The position numbers and the translations under genes are program-made. From assembly GCF_039654945.1 (NCBI RefSeq), contig NW_027361688.1, positions 2,852,001 through 2,916,000 on the forward strand: DNA of 64,000 bases, written 5' to 3'. This stretch comes from Dendrobates tinctorius (lineage: Eukaryota). The number at the start of each line of letters is the position of its first letter. The first letter of the stretch is position 1. Below, piece by piece: positions 12,901 to 24,700 of the stretch. Under the pieces are notes generated by a model. The model saw only the letters and a list, made by a program, of their open reading frames with translations, did not search any database and was not told where the DNA came from.

Positions 12901-15900
12901 CGGAAAATAAACCGCAACAAATCTGCACAGAATTTTCTGCAGCATGTGCACGGCGGATTTGGTTTTCCATAGGTTTACATGGTACCGTAAACCGCATGGA
13001 AACTGATGACCAAATCCGCTGCGGATCCGCAGCAAAAACCGCAACGTGTGCACACACCCATAGTGATCCACTAGTGATCGTTCTGTCCCCATCATTCTTT
13101 CTCAGACGGTGGAAAGAGGCCGGGAAACAAGTATTGAACGACTTCAATATTGTCGATCACACTCATTTAGCGGCCTGAACCGAAATGCTTCTGTGTGATG
13201 TGCAATATGTCAGCATTTGGGGCCCAATTTTAAACTTTGCCTAGGGCCCCACTTTGCCTAAAACCGGCCCTGACTGCTCATTTACATATTATGAAAAATG
13301 TGGCTTTCTCTGGCATAAGCCATCAGATCGCAGATATCAAGGTATCATTTTATTCATTTTTTATATCCTATGTGCCCATATAGACAGCTTAGGAGAGTTG
13401 ATCCTACTGACAGGGGCCCTCTAAGTGGATCCAGCTACAATGCTAAGGTTTTCAAGTGACTACATTACCAATGTGCTATTAGACAATCTTTTCTAAGCAT
13501 ACGTCATATCTAAATCTAGTGGATTTTTGTTTTTTTGCTATTGGCAATGTCTTATTTAAAAAAAAAAAATGTAAAAAACTTATGTGTTCCATGATCTTGG
13601 AGACAGATAAGTTCTGCGTTACCTGGTTGCACACAGGTTTGTATCTCAGCCCCGGCATGTTGAGGATGAGCTCCAGTTGCTTATGGTTGAAGTTGGAGAC
13701 GCCTATAGATCTGACCAGTCCGGCTTCTTTACAATCTTCCATAGCCTAAAAGAAAAAAAAATCTCAAAAAGGGAAAAACCTTCTAAGAAGAGTGGGATGA
13801 GAAGTGACAACTATACTGAGCCCATTTCTGCCTTGTAGATCTGTTATCACTGTCTACTGGAGGATTCCGGTCACAACCTATTCACGAGATAGTCAAAAAT
13901 GTTCCCCGTCCAATCATTGGCCAGGACTTATTTTTTACCCCTTATATTCCGGTGGCACTGCTTATAAAAGTGACATCCCAATGCACACTCTAAAATAACA
14001 TCTCATATATCGGTACATGGGATTGAACTTTTAGCTGGAAGTATGACAACATGGATTGGGTATTTATCTCCTATACAAGCCTATGTGTTTCCAAAGATCA
14101 CAGCTCACCTCCTCCAGTACAATGACTGATAGCACCTCTATAAACAGTAGATAACACAGGATATACCATTCACAATAGATGATGTCACAGCTCACCCCCT
14201 CTACCTCCTGGACAATGACGGATAACACCTCTAAATGCAGTACATAACACAGGATACAACATTCACAATAGATGATGTCACAGCTCACCTCCTCCCCCTC
14301 TTGTACAAAGACTCATAACACCTCTATACATCATTAATAACACAGGACCATTCACAATAGGTGATGACACAGCTCACCTCCTCTACCTCCTGGACAATTA
14401 CTGATAACATCTCTATTTACAGTAGATAACACAGGATTCAACATTCACAATAGGTGATGTCACAACTCACCTCCTCCTACTCCTGTACAATGATTGATAA
14501 CACCTCTATATACAGTAGAGACCACAGAATCTACCATTCACAATAGGTGATGTCACAGCTCACCTCCTCCTGTACAATGACTGTTAACATCTCTATATAC
14601 AGAAGATAACAGAGGATTCAACATTCACAATAGGTGATGTCACAGATCACCTCCTCCTTCTTCTATACAGTAACTGATAACACCGCTATGTACAGTAGAT
14701 AACATAGGATTCACCATTAACAATAGGGTATATCGAAGCTGAGCCTGCTCCCTGTCCCTTCATGATGACCTTCATTAGATGCTTCAATGCAAAAGATACA
14801 TTCTGGGTCTGAACATTGTGGCTATGTACATATGTTGTTTCCTGAAACAGTAGAAAGTTAAAATCTAAAATAAAAGCCCCAGTGGCCAGTTTCAAATCTG
14901 CAAAGTATTTATTTTTCATTATAAATACAGATTGTGATATGTTTAAAAAAAAATTGCCAAAATTTTTAAAAAATGCATGCAACACAAAAATCTGATTTAT
15001 GCAATTGGTCATTTTCTGATGATACCTTCTCTTTTAGTCATTCTGCAGAGTTGCTGTTACGTAAGTGTTGAATTCATCATCATTGAAGAAGAAACAAGCC
15101 ATTAGAGTCACTCGTAAACTGAGATGTCACCGGTGGCATGTGGAAGGACCATGTGACTACAATATCAGACTGAAACCTCTGAAAAGTCTAAGGTTTGTCT
15201 ACATACCTTCCAAGTGTCTCGAATATCAGTATTGTGATAAATCAGTTTTCCATTTTCATCTGTTGGCCGTAGTTCATCACCAGGCTTAAAAGTAAAAATA
15301 AAAAATATATGTATATCAAAACATAATCTATGAAATTCAGTGTCAAAAAGAAGGAAGACCGTGAAATAAGTTGGATCTGTTCTTTAGCCACCACAAGAGT
15401 TCAAGCTATGACCAGTTTAGAAAATGTTGGGGGTCATGTACAGACCTTGAATTCGATAGGACTATGAATAAGATAAAGATCTAAGTAATCCAGACGTAGA
15501 TCCTTCAAAGACTTCTCAAGAGCATAACGGACCAACTCGGGGGACTGATAGGTGCTCCACAGCTAAAAGGGGGAAAGGTAAAAATTGTTTAAAAATTGAT
15601 TTAAAAGTTAAGCATCCAAGGAAGAGTGGATGATGGCTACGAAATACTGTAAAAAAGAGCTACCACCCTGCATCTGTTACTTTTGACAATGACCGAGATA
15701 GCGGCCAAACAGGACAACTGATGGCTGCCTATGGAAGCATCTCATGATCACCTTGCTGGTGTAGAACACGTCTTCTCTCTTGACCGTTCCATCCATGATC
15801 TTCGCGTTGATGCTTCGCCCGACCTCAACCTCATTCCCGTACATTAATGCGGAATCAATGTGATGATACCCAACATCAAGAGCGACTTTCACAGCTTCCC

Positions 15901-16666
15901 CCGCCATAGACTTAGGGAACTAAAATAATGATAGGAGACAAGGGTGGACAGGAACATAGGGTTACGTGAACATTTCATTTTGCAAAACCACATCCAGGTC
16001 GAAGTCTCCATCATAGTTGACATCTTCTCCGACTGTGTCCTTTCCCCTTATCCTACCTCTTTATTCTACCTTCACCAAGGCTTGTTCAGGCTACAACTTG
16101 ACTGATTATCTCTAACACTGTGCTTGTTACGCCCCTCCAGGTACCCACAATTTTCTACCTGCGCTTCTTCTTGTATGCCATTTCTTATGTCTACTGTGTC
16201 TCCAAGCAATATGCCAACATCAGCTCCTCTTGTTAGCTCCTCATTGCCATGCACTATCTGCCCTACTGAATGTTCAGGCTGTAAGAGAAGAATGAGTGAA
16301 TGTCTCCTGGACAATTCCAAGGGGAACCACTGTTCTCATGGCATTCTTCGATGCGATGAATGATATGAAGCACAGAAATTTCCCTGCCCTCCATGATTAC
16401 ATTATAGACAGTTACATAAGTCAACCACTCCTCTTATATCATGCCCGTACTATTATAAGCACTGCTATGATGGTGGCAGTAAATTATTCCACCCTCATTA
16501 ACTTTTAGAATCGTATCGCAAAGTTCCGAAGATTTAAGAAGCCATCCTAAATTTGTAGCTATGAGCTATCACAACTTACCTCCTGAGGGGCATAGGTGCC
16601 CAGTCCCACCACCGGTATTTTGTGCCCATCGTTCAGTGTAAATCGTGAGTGTTTTGTCAGCGCCAT
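995..16666 (-). CDS. AKR1C-like aldo-keto reductase, gene A (exons 1-6; exons 7-9 lie beyond the left edge of the window)
   Basis: GT-AG exons: 16580-16666 ([29 protein letters not shown]), 15752-15919 (..[16 protein letters not shown]), 15446-15562 ([17 protein letters not shown]), 15207-15284, 13623-13745 (..[17 protein letters not shown]), 995-1104 ([18 protein letters not shown]). Sizes 87/168/117/78/123/110 match the AKR1C exon pattern. Tetrad D/Y/K/H present. Confidence 0.93.
2207..6829 (+). mobile_element. Non-autonomous LTR retrotransposon (LTRs 2207-3522 and 5501-6829; ~2-kb interior without gag/pol)
   Basis: Two highly similar ~1.32-kb TG...CA direct repeats. 4-bp TSD CAGG. PBS (C)GGCGTCACGAACAGGAT at 3526-3543 is complementary to the 3' end of a vertebrate tRNA-Ser(CGA). 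PPT AGGGGGGGAA at 5491-5500. No RT/IN motifs inside. Confidence 0.92.
6890..12620. repeat. ~20-bp minisatellite array (GCTGGGCTGTATTATACCAT / GCTGGGGGGCTATATACCAT), degenerate after ~11900
   Basis: Directly visible tandem units with higher-order blocks. Source of the long repetitive ORFs at 6871-12600. Confidence 0.97.
12663..13059. mobile_element. PIF/Harbinger-like MITE
   Basis: TIRs GGGTGTGTGCGC..GTTGC and GCAACGTGTGCACACACCC, with TTA / ATA flanks. Confidence 0.6.
14095..14730. repeat. ~75-80-bp minisatellite in intron 4 of gene A
   Basis: Tandem CACAGCTCACCTCCTCC..TGTACAATGACTGATAACACCTCTATATACAGTAGATAACACAGGAT..CATTCACAATAGGTGATGT, about 8 copies. Confidence 0.9.
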
Positions 16667-17493
16667 AATCCTGCTTGTGGCTCAGATCCGTCCCGAAGTT
16701 TCTTCTGTGAACATTGACTTGTTTTGGCTGAGCCCCAGGAGCACCGCCCCACCTCTTGGCTCTATTATAGTCCACTGACTAGCCGGCTCTCACTGAGCAT
16801 AGATTATTCTGGGTCACTGCTTGCCTGTGCCAGCTTCTGAGCAGTGGGAGAAAGCCTTATCTTCTACTTTTAAGAGAATGCCTTTTCATTTTGTTACTGG
16901 CTGGTACATACTGTATATTATAAATGTCATGTTTATTTATATACAGCTGCAATTATAATTATAACGACCTCCCCACCCATCTTCCATCATTGCAAATTCA
17001 GTAAACCAATGAAACGTGAATAATAAAATAGCTCAAGAGCACTACATTAACCAGTGATTTCTGCAAAAATGCCACTTTTACTGATTACTGCAGCCTCAGA
17101 ATTATACACCCCTTCATGACAAACATCTTTAGTACTAAATGGAGCTTCTCTGGCTGTTATAACTTGCAGCCCCTCTGGCTGTTGTGACCTGTTGCAGGTC
17201 TGGCAGCACTTTGGAAGAATTCTTAGACTGTTGTAAACAGTAAAAGTGGACTTTTGGGGTGAATTACCTGAAATCTAACACGTACTGAGTTGTTTCAAAG
17301 GCTCTTGATGCAGAAAGCAGAACATTTGTTATTTTTTTGGTAACAAACCTAATTTGAAATGGGGTGAGAGGTAGCAAGGAGCAGGAGACTGTCTGCCTTG
17401 AGGTCAGTGGTGTAACATGGAGAGATCAGTCTTATAATACTTAGGACTGAATAGGAGTTGCTTAAAGAAGAGTATTTTTAAGATAAGGCCAGG

Positions 17494-18305
17494 TGTTAGA
17501 TGAGTCACCGAAGGAGGAAAAAACAAAATACTAGCTAAGTCCAGAAAAACCAGAGAGGTTGGCAGCTATCGGATTGCAGACCCTTGAACCTATCCACAAC
17601 AACTAGCAGTAGCCGTGGGGGGTTCCTACGGTGCCCTAGACCCCTCAATCACAGCCGGAGAACTACATAGCCTAAAGACAGAAAGGGGAAAAACTAAACT
17701 GCCCCAGAGCAGACCCCAAAGCAATAGGCAGTCCCCAACATATAATGACGGTGAAGCAAGATGAAAACACTAACACAGATAGAAAGATAGGTTGAGTAAA
17801 TGATGGGGCCCAAGCTAACTAAAATAGGACACGATAGGAAAGCTGCTGTCTGCCATCCGCAAAAACCCTATCCAAAATGTGCCAACCGACTGATAGGAAA
17901 AACAGGCCCTGAAGTCGCTAGGCTTCAAAAGACTAAATCAGCACTCAGGTATATTCTGAAGACAGAGCAACAGATCAACAGATCAGAGACAAAAATGGAA
18001 TTCAGCTCACCCCCGGCCGGGGATGGCAGAACTCCCAAAAAACAAGGCAAAACAAAACTGAAGTGTGCAAAGCAGAGCAGAAAAACTTAGCTTTGAGACG
18101 CAGGAATCAGACTGGTCTCCAAGAATCCAGCAGGATCACCAGCAAGGCAGAAGGGCGTCGGCTGCCTTATATCCAGTCCTCAATTCCAGCTACCCAGTCA
18201 TCATCTAGCTGCCCAGGTGTTTGGTAATCAGCCTCACTACCTTCCTTCACCAGAGGAGGGAGTTCATCAGACCTCAACGGTGAAGGGAAAAATGAACTCA
18301 CAACA
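17494..18305 (-). mobile_element. Solo LTR upstream of gene A
   Basis: TGTT...AACA termini with direct repeat GCCAGG on both flanks (17488-17493, 18306-18311). TATA-like ATATAAG on minus near 18166-18172. Confidence 0.7.
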
Positions 18306-19637
18306 GCCAGGTGTGAGAGTGACCATCCTCCTGTACTATTGAAAAAAAAATTGTATTGTGCTAGTTATACCTTGAGTTGTCATTTCATTGTTTCAAGTTG
18401 TTACGCACCTGTCTCAGCCGGGCATGGCTTCTCCACCTTCCTGTATGGCCGCTGCATTCTGTTGTGCTCCACATTGTGTTTCACATGTGGCCTGGCATGC
18501 TCCCATGACATCATCTGCCTAAGCCTATTTCTGCTTGCTTGTTGTGCTCTTCAGTCAGCTCCTGGTCTACATCTGCCTTATGACCCCACATACCTGTTGT
18601 CTTCATTACTTCGGATTTGCCTGCATTGTCTCTGCACCTGTCCTCCTGTGGTTTCCAGTGTGCCAAATCCTCACTCCACATGAGCCTTCCTACCTGCTAC
18701 ACCAACGCCCAGTGTCCATATGCCCACCTAGACCAGAGGCTTAGTATATCCACCTCACTGGGTGAGTCTAACAGGTCCATTTGGAGATGACATTGTTACC
18801 ATTTTGTAAGTAACCACCAAGCACAACAGCTTCACGTAGAATGCAGCAACCAACAAGCTTTGTGTGCTATTTATGGGAACTTTTTTTTCCCAACTTAAGG
18901 GAACTCTTGACCACATCTTAGACGTTGATGCTGAGATCATCAGTTCTGATAGTAAACATTGAACTAACCAAAGTGCAACCATAAATGGTGCCGACCCCTG
19001 GTAAAGCTGACCAGATCAGAGTATGCAACATACTGCGTTAACATGGAGAGTATTGCTCTTCCATATACTTTTTTCACTACACAAGATCTTACACATTGCC
19101 TCTTTTGCTGTCTTTTTTCCAGTGAGACTATCTTGTGAATCTTTTTGATTCTTTCTATTGACAATATTCCTGGGCAATGGGTCCAAGAAGTTTGGGCAGA
19201 CACCGTGCCCACTGTGGTTCGGTTGCTCACTGACGGACTTTAACGTAGAGTTTTTCCATAAATGCCATGGAAGACGTGGACGTGGTAGATCCAAGAGGCT
19301 TCAAGGTTTTGTCTCATGCTCATGGTGGTTGTTGCTCATGGCTGTGGTTGGTGATCGCGAGCTTTGTAGTGGCCTGAGACCATGTCTTGTGGCCAGAATC
19401 AAAAGTCTAGGATAAAAGTCCCAACCATAGGTTTTCACCCTCTCCAAAGTCAATCTAAGGAGGCTCAAAAAGTGCATCGTTGAGCAATATTCTAAAGAAC
19501 CCAAATGCACCCATTAACAAGTCAAAGACATTCTTCTGGTGCATTGTGACATCCCTTAAGAATGGAAACCATGATGCACATGGTATCAATGCCTTACGTG
19601 GTCTGTAATCCGTTCCTCTTTCAAAGTTTATGGAATA

Positions 19638-21044
19638 CTAGCTGAAGAGCCCGGCGTTGCCTGGGCGTAGTAACCAACTGTCGTTAGTTGTAACAAATTA
19701 TAATGATTATATTTCACATAAAAACATTTCACATCATATATTCAACACTACAGATTTGCAACACAAATTAACTAAATGATTACCCAAGTATTGATAGTAT
19801 TTTATTTTCAACTCATTCAAGAGCCTTTTGATAAACAACATTTTTGTTTTTTCCTTTCGGTGCAAAGATGAACAGATTTTTGGCAGTTCCAACTCTTGAA
19901 CAGACCACGTAAAAGTTGACCGTGAGAAAAGCATGGAGATTGCAAATCGATCCCTACTACTTTCAAGGACTGTCCCTAAGCATTGTTAATGGACATTGCA
20001 AATAGCAGTTGAACTGGAAACCAGAGGCGTTTAAAATCAAAAAACAAATCAGATGGAATGAGTGGAATTCTTGGAATGAAAATGTCCTCTTCTTTGGCAC
20101 ATCCTGTTTCTGAGCTGTGTATCTAACCCTATCCTGTGTGATAATGTCTGCTGAGCTGTGTACCTAATCCTCTCCTGTGTGATACTTTCTGGTGAGCAGT
20201 GTATCTAATCCTATCCTGTGTGATACCATCTGCTGAGCTGTGTATCTAACCCTATACTGTGTGATACTGACTGCTGAGCTGTGTACCTAATCCTATCATG
20301 TGTGTTACTGACTGCTCAGCCGTGTATCTAATCCTATCCTGTGTGATACTGACTGCTGAGCCATGTATCTAATCCTATCCTGTGTGATACTGACTGCTGA
20401 GCCATGTATCTAATACTATTCTGTGTGATACTGTCTACTGAGCCGTGTATCTAATCCTATCCTGTGTGATACTGACTGCTGAGCTGTGTATGTATTCCTA
20501 TCCTGTGTGATACTGAATGCTGAGCCATGTGTCTAATCCTCTCCTGTGTGATACTGGGCTCCCCCTGCAGTCTGTGTCAGAGGGTGGTCTGTGTTGGCAC
20601 GGTAATAAATTGTGTTATTTCCAGCTTAACAGAAAGACGATAACACCATAGAAATGATAAGAATAATATGCCAAATTGTTTGGTGAATTGGAACGCGCAG
20701 GGTTAAAATTTCACCTCACAACATAGCCTATGACGCTCTCGTGGTCCAGACGTGTGACTGTGCAAAATTTTGTGGCTGTAGCTGCGACGGTGCAGATGCC
20801 AGTCCCGGGCATACACACATACACTTTTTCCCCATTATGTACCTAGGGGCAAAATTGTTTGGTGAATTGGAACGCGCAGGGTTAAAATTTCGCCTCACAA
20901 CATAGCCTATGACGCTCTCTGGGTCCAGACGTGTGACTGTGCAAAATTTTGTGGCTGTAGCTGCGACGGTGCAGATGCCAATCCCGGGCATACACACATA
21001 CATACTGTACATACACACACACACATTCAGCTTTATATATTAGA
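19638..21044 (-). mobile_element. Non-autonomous Helitron with a RepHel helicase remnant
   Basis: Minus strand A|TCTAATATATAAAG ... CCCAGGCAACGCCGGG hairpin ... CTAG|T. Region ~19815-20045 translates, with lesions, to [60 protein letters not shown], the PIF1-type helicase C-terminus. Confidence 0.88.
20100..20555. repeat. ~41-bp minisatellite inside the Helitron
   Basis: Tandem CTGCTGAGCTGTGTATCTAATCCTATCCTGTGTGATACTGA, about 11 copies. A ~150-bp direct duplication follows (20672-20822 / 20852-21000). Confidence 0.9.
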
Positions 21045-21704
21045 TGGAGAGCTCAACAGAGATTTCATTTCCTAAGTGTAAATTAACTCATTAATCACTT
21101 GGCTTCAGTGATTTGGGCCATGGGCATCTCAGAAGTTTGCGTCCACACCTTAGTATGGGCATTCGTCACAGTGAACCATACTCGTTGTAGTGGATTGGCT
21201 TTGCAGCCATACCAATCAAGTTGGGTCTTGCACCTTACCTCTCTGTAGAAGAATTTTCCCAGCCACTATGGCAACTCCTACAGTCTGTCTCTTCATTTGC
21301 GGTCACCTGCCAACTAGATGCTTTGGGCTTTTCACAATATTAATGAATTGAGAGAAGCTGGACGAGACTAGTTGGCATGTGACCGCAGTCACAAGACCGC
21401 CAGCTCGCACTGGCAATACCGTGGAATCATCGCAACTTTTGCACCGTAGAGTGACTGCAGATTTTAAAACAAAACTTCTTGGCAATCCCTTTAAGGCTGA
21501 AAACCCCTTTAAATATCTCCTCTTTTTCTTTTCTGGCCCAGGTACAAGATGCCAGTATATTTCTGCAGGGGTAACAAACAGGAACCAGTTCCAGACTTGG
21601 CTCTGCTATAATCTTAGAGATAAAATTTGACATTGAATTGGGCTGAAACGCTACGACACAAAAGTCACGTAATAGGCATTTCCTGTTGAGGTTAATAAAA
21701 CTAC

Positions 21705-24700
21705 TGTTAGGGTCGGCGGAACGCACCAGATATAAATAATGGAAGGCGCGTTCGCCGCCCGGGGTCCACCGTGCGGTAGATGACAAGACCGCTGCTGGAC
21801 AATGGCAGATACGCTAGAAGTGCGATACAGCGCTCGGGTTAACGTCACCCGAGAGCCTGAGAGCGGACTCTGTTTAGTCACAGAGACGCCAAAGTATGAA
21901 CTAGACGTAAAGGCTGAACCTGTTAGCTGCACAGGTCAGCCGGCGTGTGGCGTCGCAGCCGCGAACACCAAAAGCTGCTACTACTGCAGCGCGGCCGTAA
22001 CTGAAGCCGCTAAGCGACGATGCCGGAGGAGCCGGGCACCGACGGACGCTAGTGTAGGTGAGGAAGGCTCAGTGGCGTGTAGCCTGCCACAATCTGGAGC
22101 TGACTAACCCAACATACTGTCACCATTCGTAATATCCGAGGGAAGGGGTTTCATAATAAGTCAGACACCAGTCCATGCATCCATCACCATACACACACAG
22201 CATAATATGCTACACTAGCGCATGGCCGAGCCGCCATGCAGGCTTTTTATAGCCATGCGCTTCCGGGACCTTCCAGTACTATAGGAAGGACCAATCAGAT
22301 CCGACATAGGACCTTCACATGTGACCCCTGCTCTCCACTGAGAGGACAAGTTGCGGGCATGCCCAGTCGCACGGCGCGAGGACTTAGCCTCTAGAGCAGT
22401 TCCCTGCAAAGCAGGTTGCGTTATCATTGCTGCACCAGAAGTGGCAGCAACATCCAGGCTCACAGAACGAGTCTGCGGGGAATGCCTGGCTCGCCGAGAT
22501 TGCTGAGCAGGAGTCCGAGCGGTCGGAGGAGAATGGGAGACCGCAGGATGTCTGGCTCTGGATTCCTGCTGTGCAGTGCCAGGAATCCGACGCCTAACAT
22601 TACCCCCCCTCCTAGGGCCTGAGCCTCACTGCGCTCAAAGGCCGCGATCAGGAGCGGTGCGTGAATATTTTCCACCGGCTCCCAGGTCCGAGCCTCGGGC
22701 CCATGACCCTTCCAGTCCACCAAATAAAATTTTTTGCCACGGACAAACCTGCGCCCCACGATGGCGTTAACCTCAAACTCATCAGACGATAAGTCTGATG
22801 ACCCGGCAGATGACTCAGAAAACCGGACCATGTGAACTGGTTTGAGGAGGGACACATGGAACACGTCCGAAATGGCCAAATGTGGAGGTAGAGCCAGGCG
22901 GTAGACCACCGAGCTAAGTCGCTCGAGGACCTTGAATGGTCCAATGTATCGCGGTGCGAACTTGGGAGACTCAACCCGCAGTTTAATGTTTCGGGTGGAG
23001 AGCCATACCATGTCGCCAGGGGAGAAGCTTGGCGCAGGCCGCCGATGCATGTCGGCGGACGCCCTCATCCTTTCTTTAGATGCCCGGATAGCATCCTGAG
23101 TGCGATCCCAAATGTCCCGGGCCTCCACTGCCCAGTCTGCCACCCTGGAGTCAGTGGAGGACACTGGCATCGGGACAGGGACACGTGGATGTTGGCCATA
23201 GTTTAGGAGAAAGGGCGTCTGACCAGTGGAATCAGCCACCGCATTGTTTAGGGCAAATTCTGCCCAAGGTAGCAAGGATGCCCAGTCATCCTGCCTGGCA
23301 GAGACAAAATGTCGTAAATAGGTGACCAAGGTCTGATTGGCTCTCTCGACCAAGCCATTCGTCTCGGGATGGTAAGCGGAGGATAGATTTAGCTCGATGC
23401 TGAGTAAACTGCAGAGCTCCCTCCAAAACCGAGACGCAAACTGGGGACCACGGTCACTCACGATTTTGTCCGGCATGCCATGTAGACGGAATACGTGTTT
23501 AATGAACAAGGTGCCCAGACCTCGAGCGGAAGGCAGGCGTGCGAGTGGCACCAGATGCACCATTTTGGAAAAATGGTCGGTGACCACCCAGATGACCGTA
23601 CTGCCACCAGACTTGGGCAGGCCAACTATGAAGTCCATGCCAACCATCTCCCATGGTCTATCCGCCACTGGCAGGGGAAACAACAGCCCCGCCGGCCTCT
23701 GTCTAGAGGGTCTGTTCCGAGCACACGAAACACATGCCTGCACGTACTCCTTGACATCTCGAGCCATATGTGGCCACCAATATGACCTTGCCAGGAGTTC
23801 GGCGGTCCGTTTTTTACCAAAATGGCCACCCACTCTGGAGGCATGTGCCCAGGCGAGGACCTCCGGCCGTAGCTGAGGAGGCACCAAGGTCTTGCCCGGT
23901 GGTACCGACTCGAGCGCAACTGGAGCCACGGTCGTAAAACTCTCCGGCGGGAGAATTAACCGAGGCTCAGCTTCTCCCTCCTCCACTGAGACCACTGAAC
24001 GTGAGAGAGCATCCGCACGGACGTTCTTCTCTCCAGAGAGGTAGTGGAGGGTGAAGCGGAATCGTGAGAAGAAGAGCGACCACCTGGCCTGACGGGAATT
24101 CAGGCGTTGGGCCGTCTGTAGATAGACCAGGTTTTTATGGTCCGTATATACCAGAAAGGGAAACCGGGCTCCCTCCAGGAGATGTCTCCATTCAGAAAAA
24201 GCCAACTTCATGGCTAGCAGCTCCCTGTCGCCGATGGAGTAATTTTTCTCCGCCGGTGAGAAGGTCTTGGAATAGAAGAAGCAGGGGTGCTTCCGACCTT
24301 GAGCATCCTTTTGATAAAGGACTGCTCCTGCACCGACGGAAGAAGCGTCTACCTCAAGGATAAACGGCTTATCCACATCGGGACGATGTAATATGGGAGC
24401 GCCAGCAAAATGTGATTTTATAGCCGAGAAGGCCTTGGAGACATGTTCTGACCAAGCATTGGGGTTAGCTCCTTTCTTGGTGAGAGCAACCAAAGGAGCC
24501 ACCAGTGTGGAAAAGTGTGGTATGAACTGGCGGTAGTAATTCACGAACCCCAAAAAGCGCTGCACCGCTTTGAGGGAATGGGGTTCCTGCCAGTCCATTA
24601 CCGCTTGTAGTTTGGCTGGATCCATGGCCAGCCCCTGGGCCGAGATGATATAGCCCAGGAACGGCAAGGACTCCTGCTCAAACTGGCACTTCTCCAGCTT

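Larger units (their letters stand above)
1891..13272. mobile_element. Non-autonomous hAT-type DNA transposon carrying a satellite, an LTR element and a MITE
   Basis: Termini CAGGGCCAGCGTTAGG ... CCTAAAACCGGCCCTG are imperfect TIRs. Perfect 8-bp TSD ACTGCTCA at 1883-1890 and 13273-13280. Confidence 0.88.
1525..13420. mobile_element. ~0.5-kb TTAA-type (Kolobok/T2-like) MITE split by the hAT insertion (halves 1525-1890 and 13281-13420)
   Basis: GGATCAACCCTCCTAAGCTG..AATAAAATGATACCTTGATATCT at 1541-1613 is the reverse complement of AGATATCAAGGTATCATTTTATT..CAGCTTAGGAGAGTTGATCC at ~13332-13404. Central hairpin at 1740-1815. Flanks TTAA / CTAA. Confidence 0.75.
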
